Positions 51,439 to 60,955 of a stretch of DNA of 64,000 bases are shown piece after piece. Source of the stretch: Nitrosarchaeum sp. (GTDB taxonomy: Archaea; Thermoproteota; Nitrososphaeria; Nitrososphaerales; Nitrosopumilaceae); contig OZ245020.1 in assembly GCA_965223865.1 (NCBI GenBank), positions 1,504,001 to 1,568,000 on the forward strand, read 5' to 3'. The position numbers and the translations under genes are program-made. Numbering within the stretch: position 1 is the stretch's first letter; each line of letters starts with the position of its first letter. Under the pieces are notes generated by a model. That model saw nothing but the letters and a program-made list of their open reading frames with translations, did not search any database and was not told where the DNA came from.

Positions 51439-51954
51439 TCAAGAAATATTGAAGCTTAAATGGTCATCGTTTATCTCAAACTCCTTAACTGGGCGATTAA
51501 TTGAGTCCATGATGTCTTCTATTGCATATTTTTGAATCATACTCCACTTGTTGCCTAAACTGTGAACCATAGTATATCTTGCATCTCCTTCATCTGATTT
51601 TTTTATCTTAAATGGAATACCATGAGAGATACAGTTTTTTTTAATCGTTGCCAATGCAGACTCTAAAGTGATTTGACCGTGACGGCACATGATCTGTTTT
51701 TTCAGATCATCGGCACATATACTGCCCAATTTGTTAATGTCTTTCTTGTTTACTGAATTAACACATGTTTTGATAAATTCTGGACTCAGCCAAACATAAC
51801 GCAGATCCTGAAAATTACTATACACTTCGTTATGTCTTGCTAAAATGTTGTTGACATGGTTGTTCAGCGTTATTCTTTTTTCACGTGACTCTGTTTTAAG
51901 ACCATCTAAGGTGTCATTGTCTATTCTGAATCCCTTGACAGTATTATTGCCCAT
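51439..51954 (-). CDS. ribbon-helix-helix regulator with C-terminal ligand domain
   Basis: VKGFRIDND...ITLNNHVNNIL; HSLG.KWS. Confidence 0.72.
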   Translation of the reverse strand: MGNNTVKGFRIDNDTLDGLKTESREKRITLNNHVNNILARHNEVYSNFQDLRYVWLSPEFIKTCVNSVNKKDINKLGSICADDLKKQIMCRHGQITLESALATIKKNCISHGIPFKIKKSDEGDARYTMVHSLGNKWSMIQKYAIEDIMDSINRPVKEFEINDDHLSFNIS

Positions 51955-52182
51955 TTATGAAATTAGGGAGTTAGACACTGAAAAGTCTGTTGGTATGGAG
52001 ACTTAATTAAATAGGTTGCAGTAGTGTTGGGTTGCGGTTATGTTTTTGAGAGATTTTGTCAAATCAGAGTTATTTTGAAGCGTGTGTGATCTCAAACCCA
52101 TGGATTCTTTTTGTCATAATAGATTACCCTACAACTCTCAGAGCAAAAATATCTGGAATTTTCAAGTTCTTTTCCGCAGTTT

Positions 52183-52563
52183 TTACACTTTTGGTTCTTC
52201 ATTAAAGGCCCTACTTCTAACTATCACAATCTCTGTATCAGAACCATTCATTTTGGCATGAATCTCTTTTACGTTGCTTTTGTACAAAAAGAGCTTTTTC
52301 CCATCATCATGTATCATTCCAGAGACATCAAGCAGTTTTGCATCAATCAAGCTTTGCAGCCTTCTATAAACAGTGCTGATTGGTATTTTTGTTTCAGAGG
52401 CAAGAACAGATGCACATTTTGACTCTGACCTTGTCACATCAAGAATCTGTCTGCAATACTTGTCAGAAAGTATGTTCAAAATTTTTTCATTTAACTCTTC
52501 ATCTGTATGGTTACTAATGTAGAATGTTTTTTCTTTTGGTTTTTCAAGATATGATATCTGCAT
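52183..52563 (-). CDS. ArsR-like HTH regulator
   Basis: LSDKYCRQIL...IPISTVYRRL...DGKK.FLY.S. Confidence 0.87.
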   Translation of the reverse strand: MQISYLEKPKEKTFYISNHTDEELNEKILNILSDKYCRQILDVTRSESKCASVLASETKIPISTVYRRLQSLIDAKLLDVSGMIHDDGKKLFLYKSNVKEIHAKMNGSDTEIVIVRSRAFNEEPKV

Positions 52564-52732
52564 GGAAGAGTAACAGTAAATGAAATTTATTAAATTAGTA
52601 TACACTTTCCAACCTTGGAAGCTACTGCAACTTTGTGATACATTGTATATACAAAATTAGAGATTTTGATTTTCTTAAAAACCATAACAGAAATATGAAA
52701 AAGGTAAAAAAGAAAAAGTCAGATAAAAAAAA

Positions 52733-53035
52733 TTAGCTTGTTGGAGTCATCATAGCAGCACGTTCTTTGGCTTTCTTATCAACGGGCGCATCTATGTACT
52801 GCCCAGGTTTTGCTTGACAGTCACCTACATTTACTGAATATCCATCCAAGGTTTCAGCAATACATCCCTTGTCAGTAACTGCTATCACTTTTACCATCTC
52901 GATATTTTCTTCAGGTGCCACATACCACATTAAATATGCAAAAAGTATAACTGCACCTACACCAATAACTCCACCTATAATAAATAGGGAATTCTTACTA
53001 GATGATTTTTTTGGTTGCCTTTTGATTGCAGACAT
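52733..53035 (-). CDS. single-TM protein with OB-like domain
   Basis: TM helix followed by VIAVT..GC.AET.DG. Confidence 0.75.
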   Translation of the reverse strand: MSAIKRQPKKSSSKNSLFIIGGVIGVGAVILFAYLMWYVAPEENIEMVKVIAVTDKGCIAETLDGYSVNVGDCQAKPGQYIDAPVDKKAKERAAMMTPTS

Positions 53036-53170
53036 GAGGCAAAATTACGTGAATATCAAATAAAAAATAATAAGACATTTTCCACTAATGATTTTCATCT
53101 ATGAAAATTACAACTTAAACCATTTGGATATTGTATGTAATGCAATAACTATAAAACAAAAAAAAGAAGG

Positions 53171-53545
53171 TTATTGAACCTTCACTGAAATTGGCTGCTC
53201 TATCTTTGTAGGAGTCTTCTTTAGAAGTTCAACAGTGAGGATTCCGTTGTTCATTTTTACACTAACCTTAGAGCAGACAATCTCCTCAGGTAGTATCATC
53301 GTTCTGTAATACTTGAGGTGAGATCTCTCACTTCTGATCTGTCCTTTCTTTTTTTCTTCTTTTGATTCCTTGTGTTCAGCAGTGATTTCTATCTGGGAAC
53401 CAAAACGTTGACACTTATCTCCTCTTTTTCCATGCCTGGAATGTCTGCAGTCAGGACAAACTTGTCTCCACGATCATCTAGATCGCAAGATGTCTCTTGT
53501 GAGTTTTTGGGTAGATTCTTCCAGATTTGGAAAATGGCTTCCCAT
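53171..53545 (-). pseudogene. Hsp20 small heat-shock protein, 5'-truncated and frameshifted
   Basis: CDL.DRGD...ADIPGMEKEEI then frameshift at about 53400 to IEITAE...RSER...LPEEI...NNGILTVEL. Confidence 0.82.
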
Positions 53546-53549
53546 GTAA

Positions 53550-53911
53550 TCAGAGTCAATGCATAAGCAGACTTTGTCTCGCCCTTGTAGTTTTTTTGGG
53601 ATATTATTTTAGACAAGACAGACTCGCAGTGAGATTTTTTTGCATTCTTTAGCTTGATGTCTAATTTTGCAAACTCTTCAAGCAGCAGAGCAATACGGTC
53701 TGCATAGTAGCAGATACGGCCGTCTGAGTCCCATCAGTTTTAGCTTTTCAAGGAATTGGATTGATTTTGGACCTTCAGGTATTTTTGAAAGACGCCTTTT
53801 TGTGCATGCGATCTTTTTGGAATAGTTGTGAATGTCAAAGTCTGTATCATATGCATTATCAAGAGCAGTATTGTTGGCATTATCACTATGATTATCATCA
53901 TTGTCAGACAT
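53550..53911 (-). pseudogene. N-terminal remnant of an archaeal tyrosine integrase
   Basis: DIHNYSKKI...FLEKLKLMGL/DGRICYYADRI...YKGETKSAYALTL with a frameshift at about 53725; catalytic domain missing. Confidence 0.62.
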
Positions 53912-53992
53912 TTGATCATCTACAAATGGCTGGTTTTCATTTAAGGCCGGAATTTTGCCAGAAGGGCGCCGCAACATAATACTATACGCCAG

Positions 53993-54146
53993 GTAAGCGA
54001 TATAAGGTTTATGTTGTGACGCTCTTGTCACCAATGATTTTAGAAAATCAAAATTGGTTTTCTATATGATATAATACAATTACAACTTGAAAAAGTTTTC
54101 TAAATTAAGACAGATATTTCAAGTTCAAATCCCATTCGGTCTACCA
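53993..54146 (+). mobile_element. integrative-element end: integrase promoter region plus att-like tRNA 3' fragment
   Basis: GTTCAAATCCCATTCGGTCTACCA at 54123-54146 (T-loop, acceptor strand, ACCA); homologous to the 28204 region. Confidence 0.6.
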
Positions 54147-54260
54147 ACGTTATTTTACCATTTTTTCGGTAAAATAATGAAACTAAAAATAGATACACCA
54201 TAATTGTGGAATTCATTAGATTATAATTGTCAACAATATGGCATCTCAGAATATTTTATT

Positions 54261-55211
54261 TTATTGTTTTATTCCATATCCCATCAGTACAGAATAGCAT
54301 CCGAGTCCACATTGCTCACATATTGGTTTCATAGAATCTTTTTCTGCACTACCAATACAACATGGAAGTTTTTCTCTACCTTGGTGATCAACTGAGATTA
54401 TGGCCCAGGTAGGGCAATCAACAGGAGTTGTTCCTTTTCCGCCCCAGCTTTTCTTCATTATTTCTAGCTGGTGTTTTGGATTTACGATATAATCTTTATA
54501 TTGATTTGATTTTAGTTCTAGCAATCTATCTATTACTCTATCTCGTTCTTTTCCAAATGGCATCCATAATGGATCGTTTTTCATAAATGGAGTGTGAAAT
54601 TGGAATCCAATTTTATTGGAATAATCCTTCCAATCATCAATTACATTTTCTATGGTTTTGTAGTTTTTAGAGTTAATAGTCATGGTTATCCAGATGTCTT
54701 TCCATGCATTTTTGCCATTTGATTGAACATAATCAATAACATTTTTCCTAGTGTTCTCCCATGCATTATCGCCACGAATTTGATTGTGAATTTTTTTGTC
54801 GCCATCAATTGATATCCAATAAAAGTAGATGTTTTTGAGATATGGAATTGGGTATGTTCCATTTGTAACAACGCATGCTCTTTTTGGGAATTCCTTTACA
54901 AACAACTCTACAACGTCCTTTCTCATCAGAGGCTCACCTCCCACAAGGGTCAACATAAAGACATGATTTTTCTTAAATTTCTCATCGATGATGCTTTTCC
55001 ATTGCTCCAGAGTCAGATCTTTTTCTTCCTTTCTATTTAGCCACCAGTAACAGTGCTCACAGTGTAAATTGCATACGTTGATTATATCAGCAGACCCATA
55101 AAACGGACTTTTTTTGTTAAACAGTTTGTAACCTGCAAACTTTAACCCAAGATGAAAATACAAAGGAGACTCTTGAAGAATCTGTTTGAAGCCACGACCC
55201 ATTATCTCCAT
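54261..55211 (-). CDS. radical SAM protein
   Basis: CNLHCEHC, GGEP, TNG, SIDG and a C-terminal Cys cluster. Confidence 0.92.
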   Translation of the reverse strand: MEIMGRGFKQILQESPLYFHLGLKFAGYKLFNKKSPFYGSADIINVCNLHCEHCYWWLNRKEEKDLTLEQWKSIIDEKFKKNHVFMLTLVGGEPLMRKDVVELFVKEFPKRACVVTNGTYPIPYLKNIYFYWISIDGDKKIHNQIRGDNAWENTRKNVIDYVQSNGKNAWKDIWITMTINSKNYKTIENVIDDWKDYSNKIGFQFHTPFMKNDPLWMPFGKERDRVIDRLLELKSNQYKDYIVNPKHQLEIMKKSWGGKGTTPVDCPTWAIISVDHQGREKLPCCIGSAEKDSMKPICEQCGLGCYSVLMGYGIKQ

Positions 55212-55370
55212 TATTCTTTTTTTGGAATTTCAAAAATTTAACACTTGTTCAAAAATACGACTAAAATGATCCTTATCTTAAAGATTTTCAAATAGTGAAG
55301 ATATTTTTTCAACTTTTGTTTTTAATGAAAAATTTTCTTTCCTTAAATATCAATTAATGTATCATAATGT

Positions 55371-55508
55371 ATGCCACAACTACAAATTACTAAAGCAACG
55401 ATGACTCGAATGAAGGATATTGTAGGAACGATCAATGTACACGATGGGGACTATCTGGTAAACGAAATGATTGACATTTTTGAAAAGAAAATCAGGAATT
55501 TGAGCTAG
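55371..55508 (+). CDS. small RHH-like protein (45 aa)
   Basis: Manual translation MPQLQITKATMTRMKDIV...VNEMIDIFEKKIRNLS*. Confidence 0.45.
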   Translation: MPQLQITKATMTRMKDIVGTINVHDGDYLVNEMIDIFEKKIRNLS

Positions 55509-55570
55509 ATAATGCTACAATTTCTTGCACTCTTATTACCTCTAAATTTCATAAAAGAAGGAATCAACTA

Positions 55571-55666
55571 ATGGTAATTTGCAACAAATGCTATAATGCT
55601 CATCATGATCAGTGCATGGGAAAAGCTGGAATGTTTGACTGTGGTTGCAAGTGTTTTAAAAAATAA
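55571..55666 (+). CDS. Cys6/His microprotein (31 aa)
   Basis: MVICNKCYNAHHDQCMGKAGMFDCGCKCFKK*; near-identical paralog at 60863. Confidence 0.75.
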   Translation: MVICNKCYNAHHDQCMGKAGMFDCGCKCFKK

Positions 55667-55811
55667 AGTCAAATCTATCATAAGGTAATTCGATGATATG
55701 TTTACGATGAAATTTAGTATTGCTTGTTTTAATTACATTCATTTTGATCAAACATAACGACTTATTACGCCATAGTCAAGAAACCATGTGAATGATTTTC
55801 TTGGAGATTAA

Positions 55812-56051
55812 ATGCCTTCAGAGATAGACAGATTTCTACAAGATTGTTTTAAAAAAACCATTTTGATAAAACTCAAAGATAACCGGATTATTCGTGGAAC
55901 TTTGCATTCCTTTGATGAACAGATGAATCTTTCCTTGATTAATGCAGAAGACATTACAGAAAAAAACAAGCCTGTAAATCTTAATAAGATAATACTGCGA
56001 GGAAGTATGATTATGACTGTATCTACTTTAGATAAATCAAGTCAATCATAA
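55812..56051 (+). CDS. Lsm/SmAP RNA-binding protein
   Basis: IKLK...RGTL.SFDEQMNL.L..AE...IILRGS. Confidence 0.88.
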   Translation: MPSEIDRFLQDCFKKTILIKLKDNRIIRGTLHSFDEQMNLSLINAEDITEKNKPVNLNKIILRGSMIMTVSTLDKSSQS

Positions 56052-56105
56052 TCTGAGTAGTGAATAACAATTACTGTTTGATAATTTTGATAAGGAAAAT
56101 ACTGA

Positions 56106-56204
56106 TTATTTTCCAATTTCTCCAGCACATTTTGATGAACATGTTGAATCGTCAATCAAACTTTCATATTCCCTACCGCAATGAACGCATTTTCTAAAAG
56201 ACAT
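56106..56204 (-). CDS. TRASH-like zinc-finger microprotein (32 aa)
   Basis: MSFRKCVHCGREYESLIDDSTCSSKCAGEIGK*. Confidence 0.6.
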   Translation of the reverse strand: MSFRKCVHCGREYESLIDDSTCSSKCAGEIGK

Positions 56205-56351
56205 GTATTGTTTACGTATTCATTCTATAAAAGAAAACAAAATTTCTCAGTTGAATTTATTTATCTAATTCTATGTGCAAGGGGCAAAAAATCTTTTTTT
56301 CAAATACAAAATATGTAAGACCAAGTGCATTCTTCCATTTTTAATGTAAAA

Positions 56352-56449
56352 TTAACTCGTTTTGTGGCTTTTTTCATGTTCTAGAACTTTATCAAAAGTA
56401 TCGATAAACCTATCCACCGGAATTTGCATTTTGGGCAATTCCAATTCAA
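56352..56449 (-). pseudogene. frameshifted C2H2 microprotein
   Basis: (M)NWNCPKCKFRWIG / IDTFDKVLEHEKSH, one T missing; paralog of 60754 and 61690. Confidence 0.6.
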
Positions 56450-56667
56450 TTTTTATTCTTTCCTTGCGTGAGACAATTAATACATAATGCCTGAATGTTT
56501 GTTTTTGCATTGTTTCTAACATCTCCATCAATATATCCAAATTCTGGCAAGTTTGATATGTTGAATTTTTTTTCACATTTTTTACATTTGTGTTTTTGTA
56601 ATGACAAGACAGTCTGTTTTTGAGTATTGTTAAATTCTTTTTGTATCATAATGTTGTCTATTTCCAT
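56446..56667 (-). CDS. degenerate HNH-like zinc protein
   Basis: CKKC...YIDGD..NN...N.QALCINC; both His residues substituted. Confidence 0.65.
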   Translation of the reverse strand: MEIDNIMIQKEFNNTQKQTVLSLQKHKCKKCEKKFNISNLPEFGYIDGDVRNNAKTNIQALCINCLTQGKNKN

Positions 56668-57218
56668 ACTATAATAGAGTGCTGGTTGAGATGAGATTAC
56701 TTTTTTAATTTTTTCAAAAACAAAATGAAAATAAATTTTATTTTATTTCATAAAATATTGTTAGGCTAGTTATGCAATGTTTCTTTGATACCTAACAGAA
56801 CTGTTTCCCTTTCAAAGTTTTCAGGGATTGATTTTAGAATTTGTTTTGCTTTCATCTCAATACTGTATGGGTGTTGCACAGTAATATACCACACACATTA
56901 GTCACTTTACTACGGGATTTACTTTTACACAAGTATCAATCAAGATGTGATTTAGGCACAATCATCTGCCATTTCTTCATCTTTGATATTTTTTGGATCT
57001 AAAATATTGAGATGATACAGAATTGATTTTCTGTGAGACATTTTACATCAAATTATGGCTATGATGCCCAGTAAAACAATAAACGGGATACCAAATGCCA
57101 TTCCTACTTTTTTATTTTTCATATCCTTATCTTTTCTTCTGTTATATTAACAGGACGAACCAATGATATTTTTGTAAAAATACCAACCCTTCTTATAGTT
57201 GAGACATCCTGCAAAGAT

Positions 57219-57359
57219 ATGTCACAAGACAGAAAAATGTACAAATGTACATGCAATGACTGCGGCAAAGATTCAGAAGTTCCTTTTGAACCAAAACAAG
57301 GAAGACCTGTATATTGTCGAGAATGTTTTCCAAAACATCGTAATAGTAGAAGATTTTAG
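57219..57359 (+). CDS. CxxC-x17-CxxC domain microprotein
   Basis: MSQDRKMYKCTCNDCGKDSEVPFEPKQGRPVYCRECFPKHR...*. Confidence 0.88.
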   Translation: MSQDRKMYKCTCNDCGKDSEVPFEPKQGRPVYCRECFPKHRNSRRF

Positions 57360-57573
57360 ATTGGTTTTGTTTAATTAATTTTGAACTCAATTATTTCAGA
57401 TATTCTCAAAACCTCTTTTCTTTTTGATTTATGGAATATGAATTTATTATTTAAACGAAAGAAATTTTCTTGCACATTCAATACAACAAAACTCTCTATT
57501 TTTGCTTTCTAGTTCTTTTTTTACAAGTCAAACAATTTCGCATATCTAGTAATTTTTCCTCAATTTTAGAAGG

Positions 57574-59778
57574 TTATCCATAATATGATGCCGGAATTTT
57601 TTCCATGATCTTCAGGTCTTTTTGTACTCTCACTTTTTTTGTGGCTTCCTCAAAATGTCTCGAAGTTACTTTGATTTTTTCTATGTGTTTTTCTACATCT
57701 TTCTGACCAATGTGTTTTGCAAGAAACTCATGGATGACAAGAGATACTGCAGTGTTTGCAATTGATGCGACATCTGCTCCACTTAGACCATCAGTTGTAC
57801 CTGCAATCTTTTCTAGATCTACATAGTCTGGATTGATTCCAGATTCATTCTTTGTATTTCTGTCAATAGGAATTACTTTTGTGGTTATCTCCAGTATCTT
57901 CTTTCTACCTTCTTTATCTGGTATTGGTACAAGTATTATTTTGTCAAACCGTCCTGGTCTAAGGAGAGCTGTATCAAGCATATCTGCTCTATTTGTTGCT
58001 GCTAACACTACAACTCCGTAAAGGCTTTCCATGCCATCCATCTCAGTTAAGAGTTGACTGACAACTCTTTCAGTGCCTGCAGCATCTCCACCTCCGCCTC
58101 TAATTGGAGCAATAGAGTCAATTTCATCAAAAAATACGACACATGGCGAGGCCTGTCTTGCTCTTTTGAAAATTTCTCTTATTCCACGTTCTGATTCTCC
58201 AACCCATTTTGATAGTAATTCAGGACCTTTTACTGAGATAAAATTAGATTCGCTTTCTGTTGCTATTGCTTTTGCCAACATGGTTTTTCCAGTTCCACTT
58301 GATCCGTGAAGCAAAATTCCTCGCGGCATCCTATGATTCATCTTACTGTAAAGATTTGGATACTTTAATGGCCACTCTACTGCCTCCTGTAGCTCACGCT
58401 TGATATTGTGTAGTCCTCCTATATCATCCCAAGATACATCCGGACTTTCAATAAAGACTTCGCGCATTCCAGCTGGTGTAACTTCTTGTAGGGCGTTTTG
58501 ATAATCTTCATAATTTACAACAAGTTTTTCCAAAACTTTAGCTGATATTTTTTCATCTGCTAAATCAATTTCTGGCAATAGTCTTCTCAAACACTTCATT
58601 GCTGCTTCTTTACACAGATATTCTAAATCAGCTCCCACGTGTCCATGACTTATTGCAGCAATTTTTTTCAAGTTTACATTTTCTGCAAGTGGCATATTTC
58701 TGGTATGGATTAAGAGTATGTCATACCTTCCTTTCTTGTCAGGTATTCTGATCTCAATTTCTCTATCAAATCTACCTGGCCTTCTAAGGGCAGGATCTAA
58801 TGCGTTTGGTCTGTTTGTAGCTGCAATGACAATTACCTTGCCTCTTGCTTCCAAACCATCCATTATCGAAAGAAGCTGGGAAACCACTCTTCTTTCAACT
58901 TCTCCTGATACTTCATCTCTTTTTGGAGCGATGGAATCAATCTCATCAATAAAGATAATTGAAGGAGCATTTGCTTTTGCTTCTTTGAAAATTTCTCGTA
59001 CCCTTGCCTCACTATCTCCATAAAATTTACTCATGATTTCAGGACCAGAGATGCTGATAAAGTGAGCGTTGCTCTCGTTTGCTACCGCTTTTGCCAAAAG
59101 AGTTTTGCCGGTTCCAGGAACTCCAAAAAGCAATACTCCTTTTGGAGCTTCAACCCCAAGCTTTTCGAAAATTTCTGGGTGTCTTAGTGGAAGCTCAATC
59201 ATTTCTTTTATTTTTTTTACCTCATCAGTCAAACCGCCAATATCTTCATATGATATTAGTGGGACACCTCGCAAAGATTCGGTTTTTTCCTCAATCTGAA
59301 ATAATGTCTTGGGAGTAACAATTACTGCCTCAGCATTTTTAGGAATGACTCCCAATACCTGAAATGCCAATCTTCCCCCAAAGTATGGCACCATTATGTT
59401 ATCGTCTTTTATCAGAGGTATGTTTTCTAGACAGTCTGCAAGGTACTTTTCATCAATTGATGGAATAGAGTCAAGTGGTGCAACTATGATTTTTTCTGCA
59501 GGAACTGCCTTTATTTTTTGAACTTGAATGCTGTCAGATATTGCTGTTCCAGAATTGTTTCTTGTAAGGCCTTCAAGTCGAGCGATTCCCTTTTTTTCAT
59601 CTGCTGGATATAGCGGTAGGCATTTTGCAACGGTTCTTCTTTTCCCTTTTATTTCTACAACATCACCTGTTGCTGCACCAAGTAAACCCATAGAATCGTA
59701 ATCAATACGGACTATGCTTCTTCCAACATCACGAGAATATGCTTCAAGTACTTTGAGTGAAATAGAATTTTTAGTTAT
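57574..59778 (-). CDS. cdc48: Cdc48/VCP AAA ATPase, probable ATA start
   Basis: Two AAA modules. The conserved N-terminus [18 protein letters not shown] lies in frame upstream of ATG 59691 and begins at ATA 59778. Confidence 0.92.
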   Translation of the reverse strand: MTKNSISLKVLEAYSRDVGRSIVRIDYDSMGLLGAATGDVVEIKGKRRTVAKCLPLYPADEKKGIARLEGLTRNNSGTAISDSIQVQKIKAVPAEKIIVAPLDSIPSIDEKYLADCLENIPLIKDDNIMVPYFGGRLAFQVLGVIPKNAEAVIVTPKTLFQIEEKTESLRGVPLISYEDIGGLTDEVKKIKEMIELPLRHPEIFEKLGVEAPKGVLLFGVPGTGKTLLAKAVANESNAHFISISGPEIMSKFYGDSEARVREIFKEAKANAPSIIFIDEIDSIAPKRDEVSGEVERRVVSQLLSIMDGLEARGKVIVIAATNRPNALDPALRRPGRFDREIEIRIPDKKGRYDILLIHTRNMPLAENVNLKKIAAISHGHVGADLEYLCKEAAMKCLRRLLPEIDLADEKISAKVLEKLVVNYEDYQNALQEVTPAGMREVFIESPDVSWDDIGGLHNIKRELQEAVEWPLKYPNLYSKMNHRMPRGILLHGSSGTGKTMLAKAIATESESNFISVKGPELLSKWVGESERGIREIFKRARQASPCVVFFDEIDSIAPIRGGGGDAAGTERVVSQLLTEMDGMESLYGVVVLAATNRADMLDTALLRPGRFDKIILVPIPDKEGRKKILEITTKVIPIDRNTKNESGINPDYVDLEKIAGTTDGLSGADVASIANTAVSLVIHEFLAKHIGQKDVEKHIEKIKVTSRHFEEATKKVRVQKDLKIMEKIPASYYG

Positions 59779-59970
59779 ATGTTATACTCTTGTTCCTGAG
59801 CATTATACCTTGCTATCTTGATATTCTTACCCTTTTCCACTGTGAGATGTTAATTATCTAGTATTTCGCATGTCCTCTAAGATAGTATTCATTGAGGCAT
59901 TCAATACAGCAAAATTCGCTATTGAACAGCTCGAATTCTTTGTCACAGTTTTTGCATTTAAGATTCATAA

Positions 59971-60231
59971 TCATTGCAGAGTTGGTTCATAATGTAATGT
60001 CAAAGTACTTTTTACATTTGCCAATGTTCTAATTTTTTGCATGATGAATCTCTGTAAATGAATCGATGTGATTGACTCAGCTTTTGCTATGATATCATAT
60101 GCACCACATGTTCCTTGAATTTCCTTGATGTAATCAAATTGTTTGATCTGAGTTATTACGTCATTAACTTTATCATTATGACAAGTAATCAACAAGTATG
60201 CAGTGTTAGAGGTTATGATGAGAACACCCAC
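59971..60231 (-). CDS. stand-alone Lrp/AsnC RAM domain
   Basis: AYLLITC...GAYDIIAK...IR....VKSTLTL. Confidence 0.8.
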   Translation of the reverse strand: MGVLIITSNTAYLLITCHNDKVNDVITQIKQFDYIKEIQGTCGAYDIIAKAESITSIHLQRFIMQKIRTLANVKSTLTLHYEPTLQ

Positions 60232-60525
60232 GTGAGTGCCATTATTACACCAACACTTGATAGATAAAATGTGTAATAGCTTTTCTTGTGTCTAAATATC
60301 ATTTTAAGAAATCACTACTTTTTTGATTTGGTTCTTACACAATCCTATGCTACAGTTGTGACAAAAATATTCACCGCAGAAATTATTGCATCCGCAATTA
60401 CATGTACATGAATAATCATTCAAGAGTTGAGCCTTCTTTGATGTCATGGTTTGCAATTGATACTGCAACTGCTCTTGTTGTTTTATTTTCTTTGTTTTTC
60501 ATATCATATATAGAAACTTCTTCTT

Positions 60526-60613
60526 ATATATACCGGCATATGAAAATTTATAGAATCTTATAAAAATATATAGAAAATTAGGCATAAAATCTGGAAATAA
60601 AGCCGGTATATAT
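60526..60613. promoter_or_regulatory. identical divergent BRE/TATA elements (12-bp inverted repeat)
   Basis: ATATATACCGGC (60526) and GCCGGTATATAT (60602). Confidence 0.55.
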
Positions 60614-60753
60614 CCAAGATAAAGTCAATCTATCCAGGTTAAGAAAAATTATTGAAAAACTGAAATTTGGCTCTTGTAAAAATGAGACACTTGATAACGT
60701 AGACACAGGCAAAAAATCTGAAAAAAAACAAATAACGGATGTGGAAGAATAAA

Positions 60754-60873
60754 ATGAAATATCATTGCAAGCAATGCAATTTTCAGTGGGAAGGATGGAT
60801 GGATACGTTTGAAAAAGTAATCATCCATGAAAAGACCCACATAAAGAAGGACTTGACAAACAATGATTTGTAA
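60754..60873 (+). CDS. C2H2 zinc-finger microprotein (39 aa)
   Basis: MKYHCKQCNFQWEGWMDTFEKVIIHEKTH...*. Confidence 0.72.
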   Translation: MKYHCKQCNFQWEGWMDTFEKVIIHEKTHIKKDLTNNDL

Positions 60874-60955
60874 TAAATGCTACAATGAGCACCATGATCA
60901 GTGCATGGGAAAAGCTGGAATGTTTGATTGTAGCTGCAAATGTTTTAAAAAATGA
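60863..60955 (+). CDS. Cys6/His microprotein (30 aa)
   Basis: MICNKCYNEHHDQCMGKAGMFDCSCKCFKK*. Confidence 0.75.
   Translation: MICNKCYNEHHDQCMGKAGMFDCSCKCFKK

Noticed and set aside
56352-56576. 74-aa track ORF as the frameshifted continuation of the HNH gene
   Set aside because: Only its tail is meaningful, and that tail belongs to a frameshifted C2H2 microgene
59834-59848. Island palindrome upstream of cdc48 (TTTCCActgTGAGAT), and similar at 25195, 51418, 61205 and 62712
   Set aside because: The sequence matches, but TATA spacing or a clear target gene does not, so these were left out of the regulon count
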